From the NCBI GenBank assembly GCA_964607485.1, contig CAZSKP010000057.1, positions 1 to 25,051 on the forward strand: 25,051 bases of DNA, given 5' to 3'. Of this stretch, positions 16,244 through 24,428 are shown piece by piece. The notes below the pieces were generated by a model that saw only the letters and a program-made list of their open reading frames with translations, was not told where the DNA came from and ran no database searches. The translations under genes were made by a program, and so were the position numbers. Source of the stretch: an uncultured bacterium. GTDB lineage: Bacteria > Abyssobacteria > SURF-5. Each line of letters starts with the position of its first letter. Position 1 is the stretch's first letter.

Positions 16244-16602
16244 AGATTGCAGTGACGTCGCAAGGCGAAGACATGGAGAGCCTCGTCGACCCTCGTTTCG
16301 GACGCGCCAGGAGGTTCATGGTGGTTGACACGGAAACGGGAGCCTCAGAGGTGGTGGACAACAGGAAGAACGTCGATGCGGCTCAGGGTGCGGGCATTCA
16401 GGCTGCTCGCAACGTAGCCGACTTGGGGGTTCAGGCGGTCATAACAGGCAACATCGGCCCCAAGGCTTTCTCAGCTCTCCAGGCCGGAGGCATCAGCATT
16501 TACATCGGCGCTGAGGGAACGGTAAAAGGCGCCGTCGAGCAGTTCAAATCAGGCGCCTTGAAGCAAGCAGGCGGAGCAAACGTAGCAGGACATTGGGTAT
16601 AG
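16240..16602 (+). CDS. NifB/NifX family metal-cluster-binding protein, orange protein (ORP)-like
   Basis: MKIAVTSQG...VDPRFGRARRFMVVD...AAQGAGIQAA...VITGNIGPKAF...NVAGHW. The ATG at 16240 has a GGAGG RBS and an ATGA overlap with the upstream gene. The ORF-track extension from 15802 is spurious. Confidence 0.9.
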   Translation: MKIAVTSQGEDMESLVDPRFGRARRFMVVDTETGASEVVDNRKNVDAAQGAGIQAARNVADLGVQAVITGNIGPKAFSALQAGGISIYIGAEGTVKGAVEQFKSGALKQAGGANVAGHWV

Positions 16603-16638
16603 GAGAACTTTGTCGAAGACCGAAGGGAGGTGAGCGGA

Positions 16639-17028
16639 ATGCCAGGTGGTGACAGAACTGGTCCGATGGGGTTCGGCCCGATGACCGGCCGGGCTGCGGG
16701 CTACTGCGCCGGCTTTCCGACGCCCGGGTTCATGAATCCCGTTCCCGGGAGAGGTTTTGGCAGATGGGGACGAGGACGTGGACGCGGCGGCGGACGCGGC
16801 TGGCGAAATTGGTACTATGCCACGGGCTTGCCGGGCTGGGCACGCGCCGGCTGGGGTTTCGGTCCTGCCGTTCCATATGGGGCTCCATACGGGGCTCTCT
16901 ACGAGCCCGCCATCACGCGGGAGCAGGAGATGGAACTACTGCGCGAGCAGGCGAAACACTTCACCGACGCCCTTGAGGACATCAAGAGACGAATCGATGA
17001 ACTGAGTGCCAAAGGGAAGGAAAACTGA
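16639..17028 (+). CDS. DUF5320-family Gly/Arg-rich protein with C-terminal coiled coil
   Basis: MPGGDRTGPMGFGPMTGRAAGYCAG...GRGRGRGGGRGWRNWYYATGLPGW...LREQAKHFTDALEDIKRRIDEL. GGAGG RBS at 16626-16630. Confidence 0.85.
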   Translation: MPGGDRTGPMGFGPMTGRAAGYCAGFPTPGFMNPVPGRGFGRWGRGRGRGGGRGWRNWYYATGLPGWARAGWGFGPAVPYGAPYGALYEPAITREQEMELLREQAKHFTDALEDIKRRIDELSAKGKEN

Positions 17029-17037
17029 CCCATCGCG

Positions 17038-17080
17038 TGCCGTGAGGGAAGGGGTCCGGACGCACCCTTCCCGCACGGCA
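17038..17080. terminator. Strong intergenic stem-loop (terminator, attenuator or mRNA-stabilising hairpin)
   Basis: TGCCGTG-A-GGGAAGGG...CCCTTCCC-G-CACGGCA gives 15 paired bases with one mismatch. It is followed by an A-run rather than a U-run on the sense strand. Confidence 0.6.
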
Positions 17081-17189
17081 AAATTGCAGTCTCGGAGCGT
17101 GTTCCGTCTTGCTATGAAATTCCGCAAAGACGGAGCACGCTCAGGAGCTGCAAATCGGTTATCCGTGATCAGAAGGGGAGGAATAAGAA

Positions 17190-17411
17190 ATGCCGAGAGG
17201 AGATGGAACCGGCCCGAGGGGACAGGGTCCCGGAACGGGCATGGGCCGCGGTCGGGGTCGCGGAGGCGGAATGCCCAGCGGATTCAACCTAGGCCCGGGC
17301 GGCAATTGCGTTTGCCTGCATTGCGGGAATACGATTCCCCACGAGCAGGGTGTTCCATGCAACCAGGTTGTATGTCCCAAGTGCGGGTCCGCAATGTCAA
17401 GACAGAGATGA
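17190..17411 (+). CDS. Small DUF5320-like Gly-rich protein with Cys-rich (zinc-ribbon-like) C-terminus
   Basis: MPRGDGTGPRGQG...GPGGNCVCLHCG...PHEQGVPCNQVVCPKCGSAM. GGAGG RBS. Confidence 0.85.
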   Translation: MPRGDGTGPRGQGPGTGMGRGRGRGGGMPSGFNLGPGGNCVCLHCGNTIPHEQGVPCNQVVCPKCGSAMSRQR

Positions 17412-17414
17412 CAA

Positions 17415-18308
17415 ATGACACGCGATCGAGCTAAGGATGGGGCTTCGAGAATCGCGGTAGCGAGCGGAAAGGGAGGCACCGGCAAAACTACCATAGCCAC
17501 AAACCTTGCCTTCTCGTTGGTCTCCAGAACGCAGCGCGTGCTGTACGTGGATTGCGACGTCGAAGAACCAAATGGGCACATATTCCTGAAACCGACCATA
17601 ACGAGCACGGAACGTGTCGGCGTACCTATTCCCGAGGTTGACGTAGAGTTCTGCACGGCATGCGGCAAGTGCAGCGAGGCGTGCCAATTCAGCGCAATCG
17701 TGTGCATCAAGGACAGCGTCCTCACATTTCCGGAGCTGTGTCACGGCTGCGGGGCATGCATGCTGGCATGCCCTGAAAACGCCATTCGAGAGGTCAGCCG
17801 GGAAATCGGATTTATTGAACAAGGTTCGTCTAATGGCATCGGCTTCATGCATGGGACAATGAAGATAGGCGAGGCGATGTCGGCTCCGCTGATCCGCGCC
17901 GTCAAGCAAACGCTGCCGGTGGACTCGGTCGCGATCCTCGACGCGCCTCCCGGAACTTCGTGCCCGGTCATCGAGGCGGTCAAAGACACTGACTTCGTTG
18001 TTCTCGTGACAGAGCCCACCCCCTTTGGACTGAACGACCTACGGCTGGCCGTGGAGATGGTCCGCGCGTTGGATATCGAGCACGGAGTCGTCATCAACCG
18101 GTGCGACGTGGGCGACGACGAGGTGCGCTCGTACTGTCTCCGCGAGAACGTGCCGCTGCTCTCAGAAATCCCCGACGACCGGAGAATTGCCGAGGCGTAT
18201 TCCCGTGGATACATGGCAATTGAAGCGGTCCCCGAACTCGAACAGAAATTCTTGGAACTGTGGAAGCAGATTCAGAGGCGAATGAACTTGCTCCCTCATC
18301 GATCATGA
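17415..18308 (+). CDS. MinD/CobQ-like P-loop ATPase with inserted 2x[4Fe-4S] ferredoxin domain (Orp3/Orp4 type)
   Basis: ASGKGGTGKTT deviant Walker A, DCDVEEPN, CTACGKCSEAC, CHGCGACMLACP, DAPPGTSCP and VTEPTPFGLNDL. Confidence 0.92.
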   Translation: MTRDRAKDGASRIAVASGKGGTGKTTIATNLAFSLVSRTQRVLYVDCDVEEPNGHIFLKPTITSTERVGVPIPEVDVEFCTACGKCSEACQFSAIVCIKDSVLTFPELCHGCGACMLACPENAIREVSREIGFIEQGSSNGIGFMHGTMKIGEAMSAPLIRAVKQTLPVDSVAILDAPPGTSCPVIEAVKDTDFVVLVTEPTPFGLNDLRLAVEMVRALDIEHGVVINRCDVGDDEVRSYCLRENVPLLSEIPDDRRIAEAYSRGYMAIEAVPELEQKFLELWKQIQRRMNLLPHRS

Positions 18309-20176
18309 AAAAACAGCAAAAAGCGGCGGTTATCTCGGTAATCGTAAACTGCGGGCTAACGCTGACGAAGTTTATCCTTGCATATCTGACCGCCAGCATC
18401 GCACTGCTTGCAGAAGCATATCATTCTTTTGCCGATATTCTTTCCTCCACTGCGGTTCTTTTGGCCATGCGGGCCGACCAGCAAGTCAGCGCTGTTCCGC
18501 AGACAGGCGAAGAAAGTGAGCCTCCCCAAAAACCGAGGGCGAAGATCTTCTCTTCCGGCAACTGGGAAAACAAAGCCGCCCTGGCGATCGGAATACTGCT
18601 GGTTTTGGTTGCTGTCAACATTTTCGGGAGAGCCAGCCAGCAGGCCTCTATCTCGCTCCGCTATCCATTGGCCGCGGCGATAGTCGTCTGCTTTTTGGCG
18701 GTGTGTTCCTACTTCCTCTATCGCTTTGAGGTCTCCGTGGGCAAAGAGACTCAGTCTACCGCCTTGACCGCCGATGCTCATCACGCCAAAACCGATTTGC
18801 TGGCCTCTGTGCTTGTGGTTGCGGCTCTCGTTTCCACCCGGTTTGGAATAGGCGGAGACAGGGTCGCCGCCGCCGTAATAGGCTGCCTCATTTTCGTTAA
18901 TGCCGTCTATGTGCTCGCCCAGGCGCTGCGCTCGTATGTCGCAACTGCAAGGGGGAAAGAACCGTCCCATGAAATCGTTTACGAAGACATTCTGTTTTTC
19001 ATCCTTTATCGCGTCCTCTCGAGAATCGACACAAACATATGGAATCGCCTGAACAAGGTTCCAGGACTCGCGGGGCCAGCGGAATCGGTTAGGCAGAGGG
19101 TCGGTCTCGCGGTTCTTGTCTTTGTGTTGTTCGTCGGCGGATGTGCGTATGCATTATCGGGTCTCTACGTTCTGAAGCCGGGCGAACAGGCGATCGTGCA
19201 ACGTTTTGGAAAGCCTCTCCAGAAGGACCTGCCGGTGGGTCCGGGACTGCATTATCGCCTTCCATGGCCTATCGAGCGCGTAAAGAAGGCCGACGTCGCG
19301 GGCTTCAAGCGCCTCACGGTCGGGTATCAAACCGGCGACCGAAAAGAATTGATACTGTGGACAAACATTCATTATTTGCGAGAATACTCGATTATTACCG
19401 GAGAAGGCCCTTTTCTCGATGTGGCTATGAACGTGCACTATCGAATAACGAATCTCTATGAGTATCTCTACGGCCACGCCGACCCCGAGAACACAGTGGA
19501 AAGAATCTCTTATCAGGTGTTGCGCGAGACCCTCGGAACGAAACCGTTCTTCTCGTCGATTACCACCGGCCGCGATGCGCTGGAACATCTGATGCAAAAG
19601 GAAATCCAGAAGCGCTCCGACGAGATGGGGCTTGGCATACAGATAAAGAATGTGTGCTTCCGCGACTTGCATCCTCCCACTCAGGTAGCCCCCGCCTTTG
19701 AGGATGTCGTCAGCGCTCAGGAAGACTACGAGACATACATTCAGCAGGCAAATGGATACCGGAAGGACTTGTTGCCAAGCGCGAGAGCCCTCGCCGCAAC
19801 AACCAAGAACGATGCCGAAGCTTACCGCAATGCAGTCATAGCCCAGAGCGTTGGCAAGGCAAATGCCTTTTCATTGCAGACGGAAGCCTATCTCAAAGGG
19901 AAAGAACTGAACCAAATGCGGCTGCTGCTCGAAACCCTTGAAGAAGCTCTTTCGAGTGTTCCCAAATATGTCGTCGGCCCAAACAAGGGCGGTGAGAAAC
20001 CGGACCTGTGGTTTTACATGCCCCCGTTAAGTGAAGAATCGCCAGCCAGCGGCCGCCTTCGGAAGATAGAACCTGGCCAAGTTCAAGACAAAGGGAAATC
20101 CAGGATTTCCTCGGAGGAAGATCTGATAGATGCTCTCTTACGATTCCAGCAAAACCGGACAGGGGAGGGGCAATGA
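18305..20176 (+). CDS. hflK: Fusion protein: cation diffusion facilitator (cation efflux) transmembrane domain + HflK-type SPFH domain
   Basis: The N-terminal 6-TM CDF has SIALLAEAYHSFAD and STALTADAHHAKTD. The C-terminal HflK has SGLYVLKPGEQAIVQRFGK...PGLHYRLPWPIE, DLHPPTQVAPAFEDVVSAQED and RLLLETLEEALS. The ATG at 18305 overlaps the upstream stop (ATGA). Confidence 0.88.
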   Translation: MKKQQKAAVISVIVNCGLTLTKFILAYLTASIALLAEAYHSFADILSSTAVLLAMRADQQVSAVPQTGEESEPPQKPRAKIFSSGNWENKAALAIGILLVLVAVNIFGRASQQASISLRYPLAAAIVVCFLAVCSYFLYRFEVSVGKETQSTALTADAHHAKTDLLASVLVVAALVSTRFGIGGDRVAAAVIGCLIFVNAVYVLAQALRSYVATARGKEPSHEIVYEDILFFILYRVLSRIDTNIWNRLNKVPGLAGPAESVRQRVGLAVLVFVLFVGGCAYALSGLYVLKPGEQAIVQRFGKPLQKDLPVGPGLHYRLPWPIERVKKADVAGFKRLTVGYQTGDRKELILWTNIHYLREYSIITGEGPFLDVAMNVHYRITNLYEYLYGHADPENTVERISYQVLRETLGTKPFFSSITTGRDALEHLMQKEIQKRSDEMGLGIQIKNVCFRDLHPPTQVAPAFEDVVSAQEDYETYIQQANGYRKDLLPSARALAATTKNDAEAYRNAVIAQSVGKANAFSLQTEAYLKGKELNQMRLLLETLEEALSSVPKYVVGPNKGGEKPDLWFYMPPLSEESPASGRLRKIEPGQVQDKGKSRISSEEDLIDALLRFQQNRTGEGQ

Positions 20177-21075
20177 AACGGTTAGCCATCTTGATTGTGG
20201 CAGTTGCGGTCAGTCTCGCAGTCATCGCGGCGTTTTTTCACACGGTGGATGAATCAGAGTATGTCGTGGTGACGCAGTTCGGCGACCCGGTGAAAACGAT
20301 TAAGAAGGCCGGGCTCCACCGAAAGCTTCCCTGGCAAACGGTCAATCGCTTCGACAGGCGGATGCAGCTCTATGAAACACCGATGGTCGAATACCTCACC
20401 GGCGACAAGAAGAATGTAGTTCTTCAAGCATTCGTGTGTTGGCGCATAGATGATCCGCTGGAGTTCTTCCGCGCCGTGAGGACATTCGAAAGCGCGACCC
20501 AGAAACTTGACGATCTCATCTGCGCATCAATAGGCGCCAAGCTGGGTGATTACGAAATGTCCAACCTCATCTCGGTCAACGAGGATGAAGTGAGAATTCC
20601 CGAGATGGAGGAACTCATAGCGACGGAAGTGAATAGCAAGACACAAGAGGGGTACGGTATCGCAGTGGCCCGGGTCGGAATATCGCGACTTGCACTGCCG
20701 GAGGATAACGCTAGGAGCGTTTACAAGAGGATGGAGGCGGAACGATCAGCGATCGCGAATGAATATCGTGCTTTAGGGAGAGAAGAGGCGGAAAAGATCA
20801 AATCGCAAGCGGATAGAGAGAAGAGCGACATTATGGCTGAAGCTTACAAACAGGGGCAAATAATCCAGGGTGAAGGCGACGCCGAGGCCGCCCGAATTTA
20901 CACCGACGCCTATTCAAAAGCTCCCGACTTCTTCAAGCTGATTCGAACATTGGAAGCGTACAAGAAAATGCTCAAGCAACAATCCGTCATCGTGATGTCG
21001 GCGGATTCGGATTTGCTTAAGTATTTGAATGGGGCATGCATGACGGAAGACAAGAGGGACGGTGCAAACCCGTGA
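20173..21075 (+). CDS. hflC: HflC-type SPFH/band 7 membrane protein (protease modulator)
   Basis: N-terminal anchor, TVDESEYVVVTQFGDPV, LTGDKKNVV, WRIDDPLEF, VYKRMEAER, GEGDAEAARIY and PDFFKLIRTLEAY. Confidence 0.92.
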   Translation: MKRLAILIVAVAVSLAVIAAFFHTVDESEYVVVTQFGDPVKTIKKAGLHRKLPWQTVNRFDRRMQLYETPMVEYLTGDKKNVVLQAFVCWRIDDPLEFFRAVRTFESATQKLDDLICASIGAKLGDYEMSNLISVNEDEVRIPEMEELIATEVNSKTQEGYGIAVARVGISRLALPEDNARSVYKRMEAERSAIANEYRALGREEAEKIKSQADREKSDIMAEAYKQGQIIQGEGDAEAARIYTDAYSKAPDFFKLIRTLEAYKKMLKQQSVIVMSADSDLLKYLNGACMTEDKRDGANP

Positions 21076-22094
21076 GTCTGTTCGGTTGGAAAAAGGAATT
21101 CTCTTCGGAATTCGCTATGCTCAAAATCATGGGCGGTAAACTCGCGTTGTGGATTTTCGTCCTCGCGGCAATCGCCTACCTGCTGAGTGGAATCTACGTG
21201 GTTCGCGTGAACGAAACGGGAATCCTTAAGAGGTTTGGTCGTATCGTTGATGCGCATGTGGCTCCCGGCTTGCACTACCGTCTTCCGTGGCCGGTGGACA
21301 AAGTCGTGAAAATTTCCACAGGCGAGATTCATCGCTTTCAAACGGGATTCGGCGCAAATCCGGTCGACGTGACCGACTTCGAGCGTCGTTACGGCAGAGT
21401 GGAGAGCAACCCTATTGGTTCCTTTCTCGTGCCCTACTGTATCACCGGCGATAAGAATATCATCCACGTCAAGGTGATCGCTCAGTATAGAATCGACGAC
21501 CCGAAGGCTTACCTGATCGGCTTCAAGGACCCCGAAGGCGCCGTGCTTCAATGTATCCAGTCTGCAATTCTGCGCGCCTTCATTTGCAGAGACGTGGATA
21601 CCGCCCTTACTACGGGCAGGGTCGCCCTTCAGCAGCAGATACTTCGGAGTGTCCAGGACCAGCTGGCTGGGTTGAATGTCGGAATAAGCGTTTTCTCAAC
21701 AGAGATAAAGAATGCAAGGCCACCATCCAGCGTGGCTGAAGCTTTTAAGGATGTAATCAATGCTCGCGAGGAACGCCGGACAATGGTTCACGACGCGCAG
21801 GCTTACCGCAATGAGGTAATTCCCCAGGGCAAGGCAGAGGCGGCTCGGATCTTGAACGATGCCGAGGCATACAAAAAGAAAAAGATAGCCTATGCCCGAG
21901 GTGAATCGCAGCGGTTTGCCATGCTGGCAGACGAATATTCAAAGGACCCGAAAACCACCGGTGAGCGACTGTACTTGGACGCTGTTTCCGAAATTCTGCC
22001 GACGGCCAGGAAAATAATAATCGGGTCGGATGGTGGTCGAGATATCGCACACTTGCGGTTTTTCACTCAGGGAGCAGTTGAGGCCACAAAATGA
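21072..22094 (+). CDS. hflK: Second HflK-type SPFH/band 7 membrane protein
   Basis: YLLSGIYVV, PGLHYRLPWPVDKV, ITGDKNIIHV, QYRIDDP, PPSSVAEAFKDVINARE, ARGESQRF and ERLYLDAV. The likely start is GTG 21072, a GTGA overlap with the hflC stop. Confidence 0.9.
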   Translation: MSLFGWKKEFSSEFAMLKIMGGKLALWIFVLAAIAYLLSGIYVVRVNETGILKRFGRIVDAHVAPGLHYRLPWPVDKVVKISTGEIHRFQTGFGANPVDVTDFERRYGRVESNPIGSFLVPYCITGDKNIIHVKVIAQYRIDDPKAYLIGFKDPEGAVLQCIQSAILRAFICRDVDTALTTGRVALQQQILRSVQDQLAGLNVGISVFSTEIKNARPPSSVAEAFKDVINAREERRTMVHDAQAYRNEVIPQGKAEAARILNDAEAYKKKKIAYARGESQRFAMLADEYSKDPKTTGERLYLDAVSEILPTARKIIIGSDGGRDIAHLRFFTQGAVEATK

Positions 22095-23026
22095 AAGAAT
22101 TGGTTCTCATAAGCGGGAAGGGCGGCACCGGGAAGACGAGCCTTGTAGCGTGCTTCGCCGCACTGGCCGAAAACAAAGTGCTTGCCGATTGCGACGTCGA
22201 TGCGGCGGACCTTCATCTCGTCCTCGATACACGTGTTGGCCACACTGAACCCTTCCAGGGCGGCAAGAAGGCCAGCATCATTGAGGACCTTTGCACCGGC
22301 TGTGGCGAATGCGAGCGAGTGTGCAGGTTTGATGCCGTCTCCATGGATGCCGGCGGGGATAAGAACGTTCCCGGCACTTTTCAGATAGATCCCATCGGAT
22401 GTGAGGGCTGCGGCGTATGTGTGCAGGTGTGCCCGGCCGAGGCAATCGAGTTCAAGGAAGTTGTGAATGGCGAATGGTTCATCTCGGAGACGCGGCACGG
22501 ACCGATGGTCCACGCGCGGCTCGGCATAGCTGAAGGAAATTCCGGCAAGCTCGTTTCATTGGTTCGGAGTCAGGCCCGGGGGATAGCTTTGAAGAAGGAC
22601 TTGGACCTTGTCCTGATCGACGGCCCGCCGGGAATCGGATGCCCGGTGATCGCGTCAATCACCGGGACCGACTTGGTCGTGGCCGTCACCGAACCGACGC
22701 TTTCGGGCCTGCACGACCTCGAGCGTGTCCGACAACTTGCCTCACACTTTGGTATCGCGACCGTCGCATGTATCAACAAATACGATCTTAACCCGGAGAT
22801 ATCGTCACAAATAGAACAGCACTGCAGTGAAACGGGCGTCGAGATTGTCGGCCGCATCCCTTATGACAATGCGGTGACGAGGGCGCAAATCCAGAAGACC
22901 AGCGTGGTCGAGTATTCGAATGGATTCATTTCCCATGAAATAAGACGCATGTGGGAACGCGTCGAGCAACTTTTGGAACGTAACGCAGATGCGCCCAGCC
23001 AACGCTCTGCGCCAACTACATCGTAG
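22091..23026 (+). CDS. Second MinD/CobQ-like P-loop ATPase with 2x[4Fe-4S] ferredoxin domain (Orp3/Orp4 type)
   Basis: ISGKGGTGKTS, ADCDVDAADLHL, CTGCGECERVC, CEGCGVCVQVCP, GNSGKLV, DGPPGIGCPVIAS and VTEPTLSGLHDL. Confidence 0.92.
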   Translation: MKELVLISGKGGTGKTSLVACFAALAENKVLADCDVDAADLHLVLDTRVGHTEPFQGGKKASIIEDLCTGCGECERVCRFDAVSMDAGGDKNVPGTFQIDPIGCEGCGVCVQVCPAEAIEFKEVVNGEWFISETRHGPMVHARLGIAEGNSGKLVSLVRSQARGIALKKDLDLVLIDGPPGIGCPVIASITGTDLVVAVTEPTLSGLHDLERVRQLASHFGIATVACINKYDLNPEISSQIEQHCSETGVEIVGRIPYDNAVTRAQIQKTSVVEYSNGFISHEIRRMWERVEQLLERNADAPSQRSAPTTS

Positions 23027-23045
23027 AGTTTTGAGAGGAGAAGAG

Positions 23046-23945
23046 ATGGAAAAAGAGGCACAGTCATGTGGAAGTTGTGAGAAGAGCGATTGCTCCGCCA
23101 AGGCGCAAAAACCCGATGAGAACTCCGACGATTTTCGCGAGAGGCAGGCGCTGCAGCGGAGGATGTGTCAGGTCAACCACAAGATTCTCGTGCTTTCCGG
23201 CAAGGGAGGAGTCGGCAAGAGCACCGTGGCGGTCAACGTCGCCATCTCGCTCGCGATGGCCGGGAAGAAAGTGGGGCTCCTGGACGTGGACATTCACGGT
23301 CCGAGCATTCCCAAGCTGCTTGGTTTGGAAGACCAACGTCCGACGGTAGTGGAAGGAACCATTTTTCCGACTATTTTCGAGGACAAGCTCAAGGTAATGT
23401 CGCTTGCGTTTTTTCTGCCCCGGCAAGACGACGCCGTCATCTGGAGGGGTCCGCTCAAGATGGGCTTGATAAAGCAGTTTCTCCGGGACGTGGAATGGGG
23501 GAAACTGGACTATCTGATAATCGACTCTCCGCCCGGCACCGGCGACGAACCGCTTTCTGTGGTTCAATTAGTAGGGGACGCATCCGGAGCGGTCGTCGTA
23601 ACAACTCCGCAGGAAATCGCGCTGTCGGACGTGAGAAAGTCGATCAGTTTTTGTCGGACGGTCGGCCTGCGCGTGCTGGGCGTTGTGGAGAACATGAGCG
23701 GTTTCGTCTGCCCCGAATGCGGCGCCCGGACGGAAATCTTTAAATCGGGCGGGGGTGAAAGCATGGCGAAAGAAATGGGCGTGCCGTTCCTGGGCAGAAT
23801 CCCGATCGACCCCGCCATCGTCACGACAAGCGACGACGGCAAACCCTTCTGCCGGCGGTTTGCAGAGACCGAGACCGCCAAGGCCTTTGACCGGGCGGTC
23901 AAACCAATACTCGACATGAGCGAGAAAACAAAGGCAATAGCTTGA
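23046..23945 (+). CDS. mrp: Mrp/NBP35 (ApbC) family Fe-S cluster carrier ATPase
   Basis: SGKGGVGKST, DVDIHGPSIP, VIWRGP, WGKLDYLIIDSPPGTGDE, VTTPQ and VENMSGFVCPECG. Start set at ATG 23046 behind GAGGAG. Confidence 0.93.
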   Translation: MEKEAQSCGSCEKSDCSAKAQKPDENSDDFRERQALQRRMCQVNHKILVLSGKGGVGKSTVAVNVAISLAMAGKKVGLLDVDIHGPSIPKLLGLEDQRPTVVEGTIFPTIFEDKLKVMSLAFFLPRQDDAVIWRGPLKMGLIKQFLRDVEWGKLDYLIIDSPPGTGDEPLSVVQLVGDASGAVVVTTPQEIALSDVRKSISFCRTVGLRVLGVVENMSGFVCPECGARTEIFKSGGGESMAKEMGVPFLGRIPIDPAIVTTSDDGKPFCRRFAETETAKAFDRAVKPILDMSEKTKAIA

Positions 23946-23970
23946 GCAAGGAATTCAAGAGGAAAAGGAA

Positions 23971-24309
23971 ATGAGAATTGCAATTCCAGTTGCAGAAGGC
24001 AGACTCAGCCCGCATTTTGGCCATTGCGAGCAGTTCGCCCTGATCGACGTGGACTCGGAGACCAAAGAAATCACCGGACAACAGATGATCCCGTCGCCCG
24101 ACCATCAGCCCGGACTGCTTCCCCGATGGCTGCATGAGCAGGGAGCGACCATCATCATCGCAGGGGGCATGGGACGCCGGGCGCAGGACCTCTTTGCCGA
24201 AAACGGAATTCGCATTATCATCGGAGCGGCTTCGCAACCACCCGAGGTTGTTGTGAAGGCCTACCTCGAGGGCTCGCTCGAAACGGGCGAGAACATTTGC
24301 GACCACTGA
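23971..24309 (+). CDS. NifB/NifX family metal-cluster-binding protein
   Basis: MRIAIPVAEGRLSPHFGHCEQF...HQPGLLPRWL...IIAGGMGRRAQDLF...GENICDH. Confidence 0.9.
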   Translation: MRIAIPVAEGRLSPHFGHCEQFALIDVDSETKEITGQQMIPSPDHQPGLLPRWLHEQGATIIIAGGMGRRAQDLFAENGIRIIIGAASQPPEVVVKAYLEGSLETGENICDH

Positions 24310-24428
24310 CAGTGGACGGGACGAGGTCTCGGGCCCTGACGAGGGGCGAATAGTACTTGCTTTCGTGAGCCGCCGAGAGGTAATCTTGTATTGGATGCGC
24401 TTTCGCCAATGAGAAAGAAGAGGAAAGT

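Noticed and set aside
15833-24309. Nitrogen fixation (nif) cluster
   Set aside because: NifB/NifX-family domains are present, but there is no nifH, nifD, nifK, nifE or nifN. The ATPases are ferredoxin-MinD and Mrp types, consistent with an ORP locus.
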